Shown one piece after another: positions 39,443-48,013 of a DNA stretch of 64,000 bases; positions within the stretch are counted from its first letter, which is position 1, and every line of letters begins with the position of its first letter. Position numbers and translations under genes: made by a program. Below the pieces are notes generated by a model. That model had not been told where the DNA came from. It worked only from the letters and a program-made list of their open reading frames with translations, and did no database searches. Location of the stretch: the NCBI GenBank assembly GCA_963781585.1, contig CAWAGQ010000003.1, positions 160,001 to 224,000 of the forward strand. The letters are read 5' to 3'. Source of the DNA: an uncultured Gemmatimonadaceae bacterium. Lineage in GTDB: Bacteria > Gemmatimonadota > Gemmatimonadetes > Gemmatimonadales > Gemmatimonadaceae.

Positions 39443-40636
39443 ATGACCACGGCTGTCCGCTTCGACGTCATGAGCACGGACGGCGCGGCGCGCGCCGGCC
39501 GGCTCGACACGCCCCATGGCGCGGTCGAGACCCCGGCGTTCATGCCGGTCGGGACGCTCGCCACCGTCAAGGCCCTCGATCCCACCGACCTTCGCGACGC
39601 GGGCGTCCGTGTCGTGCTCGCCAACGCGTACCATCTGCACCTCCGGCCCGGTGATGAACTCATCGCCACCCTCGGTGGCCTGCACCGATTCATGGCCTGG
39701 GACGGTCCCGTGCTCACCGACTCCGGCGGCTTCCAGGTCTTCTCGCTGGAGGGACTCCGTCGGGTGGACGAGGACGGGGTGGAATTCCAGAGTCACATCG
39801 ACGGCTCGTCCCGACGATTCACCCCCGAGCTGGTGATGCGCATTCAGCGCAACCTGGGCGCCGACATCGTCATGCAGTTCGATCACGTCATTCCCGGTCA
39901 GGCCGATGCGAGCCGCGCCCGGGACGCGAGCGAGCGGAGCATCCGCTGGCTGGTGCGCTGCCTGGCCGAATTCGAGCGCCTGCAGAAGGACGCGGCGGGG
40001 CTTCCCGCCGCGACGTCCGGATCACCTTCAGCCGAGCGGCTGCTTTCGCAGAGCCTGTTTCCCATTATCCAGGGCGGCATTCACGGAGATCTGCGCCTGG
40101 AGGCTGCGCGATCGATCACCGGCATGGCGGACTGGCCCGGCTACGGCATCGGCGGCCTCTCAGTGGGCGAGTCGAAGCCGGACATGTACGCGGTGCTCGA
40201 CCTGCTGGCCCGCGACCTCCCCCCGTCGCGACCGCGGTACCTGATGGGCGTCGGATTCCCCGAGGACCTGGTCGAGGGAATCCGTCGGGGGATGGACCTG
40301 TTCGACTGCGTGGCGCCAACTCGCATGGGGCGGAACGGCACCGCGTTCACCAGCGACGGTCGCATCAACGTGAAGCGGGCCGAGTTCCGCGCTGACGAGC
40401 GACCCCTGGATATGGACTGCTCATGCGCGTCGTGCCGGCGCTTCACGCGGGCGTATCTCCGGCACCTGTACGTCTCGGACGAACTCCTCGGGCTGCGCCT
40501 CCTCTCCCTGCACAATGTACATTTCCTGATCGCGCTCAGCCGCGAAGCGGCGAGCGCGATTCACGATGGCACGTTCGACGCCTGGGCCCGCGCCCGGCTC
40601 GAACGTCTCGCTTCCGGACCAGTCCTCACACCATGA
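39443..40636 (+). CDS. tgt: Queuine tRNA-ribosyltransferase
   Basis: TPAFMPVGT, TDSGGFQVFSL, PRYLMGVG, Zn site CxCxxC...H. Confidence 0.97.
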   Translation: MTTAVRFDVMSTDGAARAGRLDTPHGAVETPAFMPVGTLATVKALDPTDLRDAGVRVVLANAYHLHLRPGDELIATLGGLHRFMAWDGPVLTDSGGFQVFSLEGLRRVDEDGVEFQSHIDGSSRRFTPELVMRIQRNLGADIVMQFDHVIPGQADASRARDASERSIRWLVRCLAEFERLQKDAAGLPAATSGSPSAERLLSQSLFPIIQGGIHGDLRLEAARSITGMADWPGYGIGGLSVGESKPDMYAVLDLLARDLPPSRPRYLMGVGFPEDLVEGIRRGMDLFDCVAPTRMGRNGTAFTSDGRINVKRAEFRADERPLDMDCSCASCRRFTRAYLRHLYVSDELLGLRLLSLHNVHFLIALSREAASAIHDGTFDAWARARLERLASGPVLTP

Positions 40637-41004
40637 TGTGGCCAACCTATCCCGCTCTGCTTCTGCTTCAGGCCGCCGGCGGCGGCATCTCGATGATCGG
40701 CTTCGTGCTCGAAATGGGAGCGATCGCCGCCATCTTCTACTTCCTGATGATTCGGCCTCAGCAGAAACAGCGAAAGACGCATGAGGAGCGGCTCCGCAAT
40801 CTGCGAAAGGGCGATCATATCGTGACCACCGGCGGTATTATCGGCGAGGTTGTGCATGTGAAGGAAACGGTCAAGGACGGCGCTCCGCAGCGCACGATGG
40901 AGGATCCGGTGACCATCAAGTCGGGCGACACCCGGGTGATCGTGGAACGCGGTCGCATTGCGCGGGTCGCCGGCAGTGCCTCCACTTCCAGTCCCGACAC
41001 GTGA
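40633..41004 (+). CDS. yajC: Preprotein translocase subunit YajC
   Basis: FYFLMIRPQQK, LRKGDHIVTTGGIIG. Confidence 0.93.
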   Translation: MMWPTYPALLLLQAAGGGISMIGFVLEMGAIAAIFYFLMIRPQQKQRKTHEERLRNLRKGDHIVTTGGIIGEVVHVKETVKDGAPQRTMEDPVTIKSGDTRVIVERGRIARVAGSASTSSPDT

Positions 41005-41579
41005 GCCTGCTCGACATTCACGTCCTGGGCTCGCCCGTGCTGCGCTCCGAGACGACGCTCGTCTCGGAGGTGGGGGCCGATTTTCAGCGCCTCGTCGACG
41101 ACATGTTTGAGACGATGTACGCGGCGCAGGGAATTGGCCTGGCCGCGCCCCAGGTGGGTCGCGGCGCGCGGGTGGCCATCGTGGACGTCGAAAACAACCC
41201 ACTGGTGCTCGTGAACCCCGAGGTCGTCCTGGGGGAGGGCACCGATCGGGCGGAGGAGGGATGCCTTTCGATTCCCGACATCTACGGCGAGGTGGAACGC
41301 GCGGAGCGCGTGACCGTGCGTGCGCTCGACCGGAAGGGCCAGGAGTTCACGATCGACGCGGCCGGGCTGCTGGCACGCGCGATTCAGCACGAGATCGACC
41401 ACCTGCATGGGAAGCTCTTCATCGACTACCTCAGCTTCCTCAAACGGCGCGCGGCCTTGTCGAAATGGGACTCGATGAAAGAACAGTATCCGGCGCTGAT
41501 CCGCCGGATCGTGGTCCCGGAGACCTCGCGCGCCTCGTCGCACCGTTCCGCCGGCGGCATCGGAGACGAGGTGCTGTAG
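41001..41579 (+). CDS. def: Peptide deformylase
   Basis: GIGLAAPQVG, EGCLSIP, QHEIDHL. Confidence 0.97.
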   Translation: MSLLDIHVLGSPVLRSETTLVSEVGADFQRLVDDMFETMYAAQGIGLAAPQVGRGARVAIVDVENNPLVLVNPEVVLGEGTDRAEEGCLSIPDIYGEVERAERVTVRALDRKGQEFTIDAAGLLARAIQHEIDHLHGKLFIDYLSFLKRRAALSKWDSMKEQYPALIRRIVVPETSRASSHRSAGGIGDEVL

Positions 41580-41580
41580 G

Positions 41581-42513
41581 ATGCGCGTCCTCTTCTGGGG
41601 GACGCCCGACTTCGCCGCCCCGGCGCTGCGCGCATTGATCGGCGAAGGGTACGACGTCGTCGGCGTCGTAACCCGGCCGGATCGGCCGCAGGGGCGCCAC
41701 CGCAGTGTGCCCGCACCACCGCCGGTGAAGGAAATCGCTGTTGCCGAGGAGATCCCCGTGCTGCAGCCTGAACGGCCGCGCGGTGACGAGTTCCTGCGGG
41801 CGATCCGCGACCTCCAGCCCGACGTGTCGGTGGTGATCGCGTACGGGCACCTGCTGCCGGTCGATGCCATCGACCTGCCGACCCTGGCGACGGTGAACCT
41901 GCACGCTTCGCTCCTGCCCCGGTGGCGTGGCGCGGCACCCATCCAGGCCGCCATCCTCGAGGGTGACGCCGAGACCGGGATCTCGGTGATGCGCATGGTG
42001 GAGCAGCTCGATGCCGGTCCGGTGCTGCTTCAGGCCCCGACGCCGATTGTCGAGGACGAGACCTTCGGAGAGCTCCATCTGCGCCTCTCGGAGCTGGGGG
42101 CTCTGGCGGTGGTGGAGGCGCTGGCGCTGCTGGCGTTAGGCGATGCACCCGAGCACGCGCAGGACGAGGCGCGCGCGACCTACGCGCCGAAGATCGGTCG
42201 CGAGCAGACCCGCATCGACTGGACGCGCCCGGCCGAGCGGATAGCGCGGGTGGTGCGCGCGTTCGACCCGGCTCCCGGCGCATTCAGCACACTCCGGGGC
42301 GCCGACGTGAAGCTCTTCGGCGCCCGGGTCGCGTCCGACGCCCGCGGCGATCCGGGCGAGGTGCTCGAGGTCGATGAGTCGGGGTTGCTGGTGGCCTGCG
42401 GCACATCGGCAGTGCGGCTCGGCTACGCCCAGCCATCCGGGCGGCGCCGTCTGGCCGGGCTGGACTGGGCCCAGGGACGGGGGGTGTTCGTGGGAGACCG
42501 GTTTGGCGCGTAA
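41581..42513 (+). CDS. fmt: Methionyl-tRNA formyltransferase
   Basis: GTPDFA, NLHASLLPRWRGAAPI, LDAG. Confidence 0.97.
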   Translation: MRVLFWGTPDFAAPALRALIGEGYDVVGVVTRPDRPQGRHRSVPAPPPVKEIAVAEEIPVLQPERPRGDEFLRAIRDLQPDVSVVIAYGHLLPVDAIDLPTLATVNLHASLLPRWRGAAPIQAAILEGDAETGISVMRMVEQLDAGPVLLQAPTPIVEDETFGELHLRLSELGALAVVEALALLALGDAPEHAQDEARATYAPKIGREQTRIDWTRPAERIARVVRAFDPAPGAFSTLRGADVKLFGARVASDARGDPGEVLEVDESGLLVACGTSAVRLGYAQPSGRRRLAGLDWAQGRGVFVGDRFGA

Positions 42514-42546
42514 CCGCGCGCGATCGGCGGCGCTATTTTGCGTGGT

Positions 42547-43914
42547 ATGATGCCGCCCGATGTCTCCGCCGCGCCGGACGCAACCCTGGGGCGCGGCGGA
42601 CTCACCGACACGCGCGTCGCCGCCGCCGACATTCTCGCCGATCTCCGCAGCGGCACGCTGCTCGACGCCGCGCTCGACCGCCGCGTGGACACACTCGAAG
42701 CGCGCGACCGCCGATTCGTGCAGGAGCTCGTGTACGGCACGCTGCGCCAGCGGAGCGCCCTCGACGCCGTGCTCACCACGCGCGTACGCGGCGGCCTGGT
42801 GCGGCTCGATGCCGACCTGGTGGACGTACTCCGCCTTGGCACGTATCAGCTGCTGCAGATGGGCAGCGTTCCCGCGTACGCGGCGATCGCGCAGAGTGTG
42901 GAGCTGGCCAAGAGGCGCCATGGCATCGGCGCCAGTCGCCTGGCAAACGCCGTCCTGCGCAGGGTCGATCGCGAGCGCGCCGAGCTGGCCGGGGCGACAC
43001 TCGGTGAGAACGACGATCCGGTCGACTCCCTGGCGCTGCGGTACTCACATCCCCGGTGGCTGGTGGCGCGGTGGGTGGCGCGGTGGGGCGCCGTCGAAAC
43101 GGAAGGACTGCTGGCGTTCAACAACGAGGAGGCGCCGCTGGTGGTACGTCCCTGTGGCGTGAGCCGCGAACAGCTGCAGGCCCAGCTGGAGCTGAGTGGC
43201 GTGCGTACCGCCGACGTGCCCCTGGTACCGGACAGCCTCCGTCTCGAGAACGCGGGAGGCCTCACCCAGCTCGGGGCTTTTCGCCAGGGCCTCTTCTTCG
43301 TGCAGGATCCCGGGGCCACGCTGGTGACTCGTTATGCATCCTTCCGGTCGGCGACGGTGGTGGCCGACCTGTGCGCGGCACCGGGCGGCAAGGCGGTGGA
43401 GCTCGGACGCGAGGCGTCCCTGGTGGTCGCCTCCGACCGGTCACTCCCCCGGCTCGCGCGCATGCGCGCCAATCTCGCGCGGCTCGGCGCCAGCCACATC
43501 GCACTGGTGGCGATGGACGCGCGGGCGCTCGCTCTGGCGCCGGTCCCGGCGGTCCTGCTCGACGTGCCCTGCACCGGGACCGGGACGTTCCGGCGACATC
43601 CCGATGCCCGATGGCGGCTGCGTATCTCCGACCTCGCCGTGCTCGCCGCCATGCAGCAAACGATGCTCCGCGCGGCCGCCGACGCCGTGCAGCCGGGAGG
43701 ATTGCTGGTCTACAGCACCTGCTCCCTGGAGCCCGAGGAGAACGACGCCCAGATCGATGGGTTCCTCGAGGATCACACCGGGTGGAATCTCGAGCCCCCG
43801 CCCGCGGATGCGGTTCCCGACGATCTGCTCGACGTCGGACGGCTGCGAATCCTTCCGCAGCGTCAGCGTGTGGACGGTGCCTTCGCGGCGCGTTTGCGAC
43901 GGGCGGCCGCATAA
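42547..43914 (+). CDS. rsmB: 16S rRNA m5C967 methyltransferase (NusB-like N-terminus)
   Basis: SHPRW, VQD, DLCAAPGGK, DVPCTGTG, YSTCS; follows def-fmt. Confidence 0.93.
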   Translation: MMPPDVSAAPDATLGRGGLTDTRVAAADILADLRSGTLLDAALDRRVDTLEARDRRFVQELVYGTLRQRSALDAVLTTRVRGGLVRLDADLVDVLRLGTYQLLQMGSVPAYAAIAQSVELAKRRHGIGASRLANAVLRRVDRERAELAGATLGENDDPVDSLALRYSHPRWLVARWVARWGAVETEGLLAFNNEEAPLVVRPCGVSREQLQAQLELSGVRTADVPLVPDSLRLENAGGLTQLGAFRQGLFFVQDPGATLVTRYASFRSATVVADLCAAPGGKAVELGREASLVVASDRSLPRLARMRANLARLGASHIALVAMDARALALAPVPAVLLDVPCTGTGTFRRHPDARWRLRISDLAVLAAMQQTMLRAAADAVQPGGLLVYSTCSLEPEENDAQIDGFLEDHTGWNLEPPPADAVPDDLLDVGRLRILPQRQRVDGAFAARLRRAAA

Positions 43915-44651
43915 TGGCGCGATCCGGACGCGCCGCGGGGAATGGGCGCCTCCTGATTCATCTCGGCCTGGCGTCGATGGGCTTCCTCGTCGCATGGCTG
44001 CTTGTTGCGTTCGTCATTTTCCCCGATGAGGGGCCGCCGGACGCCGTGCTCGTTCCGGCGGTGGTCGGGTTGCCTTACGCGGACGCGTCGCAACGGCTCA
44101 CCGCCGCGGGACTCAAGGCCTCGCAAGGCGAGTCGCGGCTGAGCGGTGAAGCGCCCAAATCAACCGTCCTGGCCCAGACGCCCGTGGGCGGATCGCGCGC
44201 TCAGCGAGGCGACCAGGTGACGCTCGATGTGAGCGCCGGACAGCAGCGAGCGACCATCCCCGAGCTGGTCGGCAAGGGGCGATCCGCCGCCGACCGGGCC
44301 CTGCGTGCAGCGGGACTGACCATGGGACAGGTCACCGAACGTCCGGACGCGCAGGCACGGGGAACGGTGCTGGCCTTGACTCCTTCGCCAGGACAGGTGG
44401 TGCCGGCGGGGACAGCAGTGGATCTGGTGGTCAGCTCCGGTCCGGCGCAGCTCACCATGCCCGATCTGGTCGGCCGCGACCTGATCGATGCGCGCAGCAC
44501 GATCGAACAGCTCGGGTTGACGATCGGGGCCGTGCATTACGATTCCTCCAGCACGCGTTCCGCAGGCCGGGTGCTCGAGCAGTCCCCGACTGCGGGATCA
44601 TCCGTGGCTCCTGGAGCAGCCGTCACCCTTCTCGTGTCGGGGACCTCGTGA
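43914..44651 (+). CDS. PASTA-domain membrane protein (3 PASTA repeats)
   Basis: N-terminal TM; repeats starting VPAVVG, IPELVG and MPDLVG and ending V.L.VS. Confidence 0.88.
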   Translation: MARSGRAAGNGRLLIHLGLASMGFLVAWLLVAFVIFPDEGPPDAVLVPAVVGLPYADASQRLTAAGLKASQGESRLSGEAPKSTVLAQTPVGGSRAQRGDQVTLDVSAGQQRATIPELVGKGRSAADRALRAAGLTMGQVTERPDAQARGTVLALTPSPGQVVPAGTAVDLVVSSGPAQLTMPDLVGRDLIDARSTIEQLGLTIGAVHYDSSSTRSAGRVLEQSPTAGSSVAPGAAVTLLVSGTS

Positions 44652-45313
44652 CCGTTCGTATCGTGCCGTCCGTGCTGAGCGCCGACTTCGCGCGTCTGGG
44701 CGACGAGATCGCCATGTGTGAGGCCGCCGGTGCGGACTGGATCCACGTTGACGTGATGGACGGCCGGTTCGTACCGAACCTCACGTACGGCGCGAAGGTC
44801 ATCGAGACCATCCGGCGCCTCACGCCCCTTCCCCTGGACATCCACCTGATGGTCGTGGAGCCGGAGCGGTACTTCGACGACTTCGCGCGGGCGGGGGCGA
44901 GCGGCCTGACGCTGCACCAGGAGGCGGCGCCCCACCTCCACCGCCAGCTCCAGCACATCCGCGAGCTGGGGTGCAGGGCCGGCGTGGCCATCAATCCGTC
45001 GACCCCCGTCGGGACGCTGCAGGAGGTGGTGGGCATGGTGGATCTGGTCCTCGTGATGACGGTCAATCCCGGGTTCGGCGGCCAGAGTTTCATCGAGGCT
45101 TCGGTGGACAAGATCCGGCGGGCCCGCGCCATGCTCGACCAGGCGGGAAGCGGTGCCGCCCTCGAGGTGGACGGCGGGATCGCGCGGGACACAATAGCGC
45201 GCTGCTGGCGGGCCGGCGCCGATACCTTCGTGGCTGGTCACTCCATCTTCGCGGCACCGGATCCGGGGGGAGAGATTGTGGCGCTGAGACGACTGTGCAT
45301 GGAGGCCGTATGA
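44648..45313 (+). CDS. rpe: Ribulose-phosphate 3-epimerase
   Basis: PSVLSADF, HVDVMDGRFVPN, MTVNPGFGGQ, VDGG. Confidence 0.97.
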   Translation: MTVRIVPSVLSADFARLGDEIAMCEAAGADWIHVDVMDGRFVPNLTYGAKVIETIRRLTPLPLDIHLMVVEPERYFDDFARAGASGLTLHQEAAPHLHRQLQHIRELGCRAGVAINPSTPVGTLQEVVGMVDLVLVMTVNPGFGGQSFIEASVDKIRRARAMLDQAGSGAALEVDGGIARDTIARCWRAGADTFVAGHSIFAAPDPGGEIVALRRLCMEAV

Positions 45314-45915
45314 GGGACGCTGTACGCCGCGCGGGAGGCACTCGACGCGCGCTGGGGGCCGCGCGGACCCTGGTCGTGACGGTTCTGGCGCTGGCAGGGG
45401 TCGCCGGCATTCTACTGATGAGGCGGTCGCCCGACGCGGCGGCGCGGATGATCACGGTGGGCTCGACGGCTCCGGATTTCCTCGCCAAGACGCTCGACTC
45501 GGTGCCGAAGACCCGTAGCCTGGCCGACTATCGCGGCCAGGTGGTGCTGCTGAATCTGTGGGCGTCGTGGTGCGAGCCATGCCGGGTCGAGATGCCGAGC
45601 ATCGAGGCGCTGTACCGGCAGTTCGGACCGCACGGCCTCAAGGTGGTCGCGGTGGCCACCGACGATCCGGGGTTCGAGGATCGCGTGCGGTCGTTCGTGG
45701 CGCGCTACGGCCTCACCTTCGACGTCCTGAGCGAGGGATCCGGCAGGATCGAGCAGTCCTATCAGTCGTTAGGCATTCCATCCACCTTCCTGATCGGACG
45801 CGACGGGATGATCCGCAAGCGGGTCACCGGGGCCTCCGACTGGAGTTCTCCCGCCAACCAGGCGCTGGTGTCGCAACTGCTCGGCATCCCACTGCCCTCC
45901 GCCGGCGGATCATGA
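45310..45915 (+). CDS. TlpA/ResA family thiol-disulfide oxidoreductase
   Basis: TM anchor, NLWASWCEPCRVEMP, GIPST. Confidence 0.92.
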   Translation: MRDAVRRAGGTRRALGAARTLVVTVLALAGVAGILLMRRSPDAAARMITVGSTAPDFLAKTLDSVPKTRSLADYRGQVVLLNLWASWCEPCRVEMPSIEALYRQFGPHGLKVVAVATDDPGFEDRVRSFVARYGLTFDVLSEGSGRIEQSYQSLGIPSTFLIGRDGMIRKRVTGASDWSSPANQALVSQLLGIPLPSAGGS

Positions 45916-46994
45916 CCGTCGTGCTGGGAGTGGAGACGTCGTGCGACGAGACCTCCGCGGCGGTGGTGGCCGGCTGCGGCGACGAGGTGACGCAGCGTTC
46001 GCTGGTGATCCTGTCGCAGGACGTTCACCGCGTATTCGGCGGCGTGGTTCCCGAGATCGCATCGCGGGCGCATCTCACGGCGATCGTTCCGGTGGTCGGG
46101 CGCGCGCTCGCCGATGCCGGCGCGTCGCTCGATGACGTGGACGTGGTGGCGGTGACGAACGGTCCCGGACTGGTGGGAGCGCTGCTGGTGGGTTTGAGTT
46201 TCGCGAAAGCGATGGCGTTCGCGCGGGGCAAGCGACTGATCGGGGTGCACCACATGGAGGGCCACCTGTTCGCCCAGTCGCTCGAGCACGCCGACGCCGT
46301 TCCCCCGTTCACCGCGCTCCTCGTTTCGGGCGGGCACACGATGCTGATCGACGCCCCGGCGTGGGGGACCTATCGCCTGCTGGGAGCGACGCGGGACGAC
46401 GCCGCCGGCGAGGCGTTCGACAAGGTCGCCAAGCTGCTGGGCCTGCCCTATCCCGGCGGCCGGCCGGTCGAGCGCCTGGCGCGCGACGGCGATCCGCGCC
46501 GGTTCCACTTCGCGCGCCCGATGCTCCGACGCAGCCAGGCACCCGGGGACGACGATTACTACGACGTATCGTTCAGCGGCCTCAAGACCGCGGTGCTGCA
46601 TGCGGTGCGCGGGTCGCCCGATCCGGAGGGCGATCGGCCGCACCTGGCGCGCGGCTTTCAGGACGCCCTGATCGAGACGCTGGTGGAGAAGACCTACCGT
46701 GCGGCCGCCCGGTTCGGGCGACGACGGGTGGTCCTGGGCGGCGGCGTGGCCTGCAACGGTGCGCTGGCCGACGCGATGCGCGAGCGACTGTCCTCGTTAG
46801 GCGCCGAGCTGTTCGCGCCGAGTCCGCGGCTGGCCACCGATAACGCGGCGATGATCGCCCGCGCCGGCCTGTTTCGCGCCGAAGCCGGCGCCCGCGACGG
46901 CTGGGATCTGAACGCCTATGCCAGCCTCCCGCTCCCCGGCCTGGTCCAGGACCGGCACCCCGGTCGTCGCATCAGGAAGATGGCTGCCGGGTAG
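45912..46994 (+). CDS. tsaD: tRNA N6-adenosine threonylcarbamoyltransferase
   Basis: GVETSCDET, GGVVPEIASRAH, HHMEGH, SGGHT, TDNAAMIA. Confidence 0.97.
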   Translation: MTVVLGVETSCDETSAAVVAGCGDEVTQRSLVILSQDVHRVFGGVVPEIASRAHLTAIVPVVGRALADAGASLDDVDVVAVTNGPGLVGALLVGLSFAKAMAFARGKRLIGVHHMEGHLFAQSLEHADAVPPFTALLVSGGHTMLIDAPAWGTYRLLGATRDDAAGEAFDKVAKLLGLPYPGGRPVERLARDGDPRRFHFARPMLRRSQAPGDDDYYDVSFSGLKTAVLHAVRGSPDPEGDRPHLARGFQDALIETLVEKTYRAAARFGRRRVVLGGGVACNGALADAMRERLSSLGAELFAPSPRLATDNAAMIARAGLFRAEAGARDGWDLNAYASLPLPGLVQDRHPGRRIRKMAAG

Positions 46995-47071
46995 CAGAAA
47001 ACGCGGTGCCGAGGCGCCCGCCACCTGGCCGCCGCCTGCGCCCCTCGCAAACCCCTTACCCGTCGCGGCAC

Positions 47072-47926
47072 ATGCCCATCATTCACCATCCGCTCGAGAT
47101 CCACATCGGTCCGCTTCCCCTCACCGGGTTCGGTATCGCGGTAATGCTCGCGTTCGTGCTCTCGAATTTCATCGCCGAGCGGGTACTGGAGCGGCGCGGC
47201 CATCCGGATTCGGCCCGGGCCATCCCCGATCTCATCATCGCCTGCATCGTGGGGACGCTGATCGGCGGCAAGCTGTACTACGCAGGCATCGTGACGCACA
47301 ACTGGCATGATCTCTTCGGGCGCGCAGGGTTCGTGTTCTGGGGAGGGTTCACCGGTTCAGTGCTGGCAAGCTGGTTGTACATCTGGTACAAGAAGCTCTC
47401 CTTCGTCCGGTTTGCCGACGTCGCGGGCATCTGCATCGCGGCCGGCTACTCGGTGGGGCGCACCGGATGCTGGGCGGTGGGCGACGACTACGGCCGCCCA
47501 TGGAACGGCCCGCTGGCCGTGCTGTTCCCCAACGGATCGCCGCCGTCCACCGCCGAGAACATGCGACAACTGTTTCACCTGCCGGTGCCGGCCGGGGTCG
47601 CGAGCGACACCGTGCTGTCGGTCTACCCGACGCAGCTGCTGGAAGTGGCGCTCGGGTTCGTGATGTTTCTCGTCCTGTGGCGCTACCGCGACCACCGACA
47701 TGCGGAGGGGTGGCTCTTCGGGCTGTGGGCGGTCCTGGCCGGCCTGGAGCGCTTCGCGGTCGAATTCCTGCGCGCCAAGGACGATCGTTTTCTCGGGACC
47801 CTGACTCTGGCCCAGGCAATCGCGCTGGCGGTGACGGTGATCGGCGCCCTGGTGATGTACTGGCGCTGGAACACCGGTCCCGCGCGACCCGGGATCCGCC
47901 CGCTCCCGGCCCACCAGGCTCGTTAG
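47072..47926 (+). CDS. lgt: Prolipoprotein diacylglyceryl transferase
   Basis: Multi-TM; GRTGCWAVGDDYG, YPTQLLE, RFAVEFLR. Confidence 0.9.
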   Translation: MPIIHHPLEIHIGPLPLTGFGIAVMLAFVLSNFIAERVLERRGHPDSARAIPDLIIACIVGTLIGGKLYYAGIVTHNWHDLFGRAGFVFWGGFTGSVLASWLYIWYKKLSFVRFADVAGICIAAGYSVGRTGCWAVGDDYGRPWNGPLAVLFPNGSPPSTAENMRQLFHLPVPAGVASDTVLSVYPTQLLEVALGFVMFLVLWRYRDHRHAEGWLFGLWAVLAGLERFAVEFLRAKDDRFLGTLTLAQAIALAVTVIGALVMYWRWNTGPARPGIRPLPAHQAR

Positions 47927-48013
47927 GCTCCCGCGTGTGCCCGGTCCGGCGGCGACCGCGGGGCCAGTCGCCGACGCCCGGCCGTCGTCAACCCCGGAGG
48001 GTGGACGGGCTGC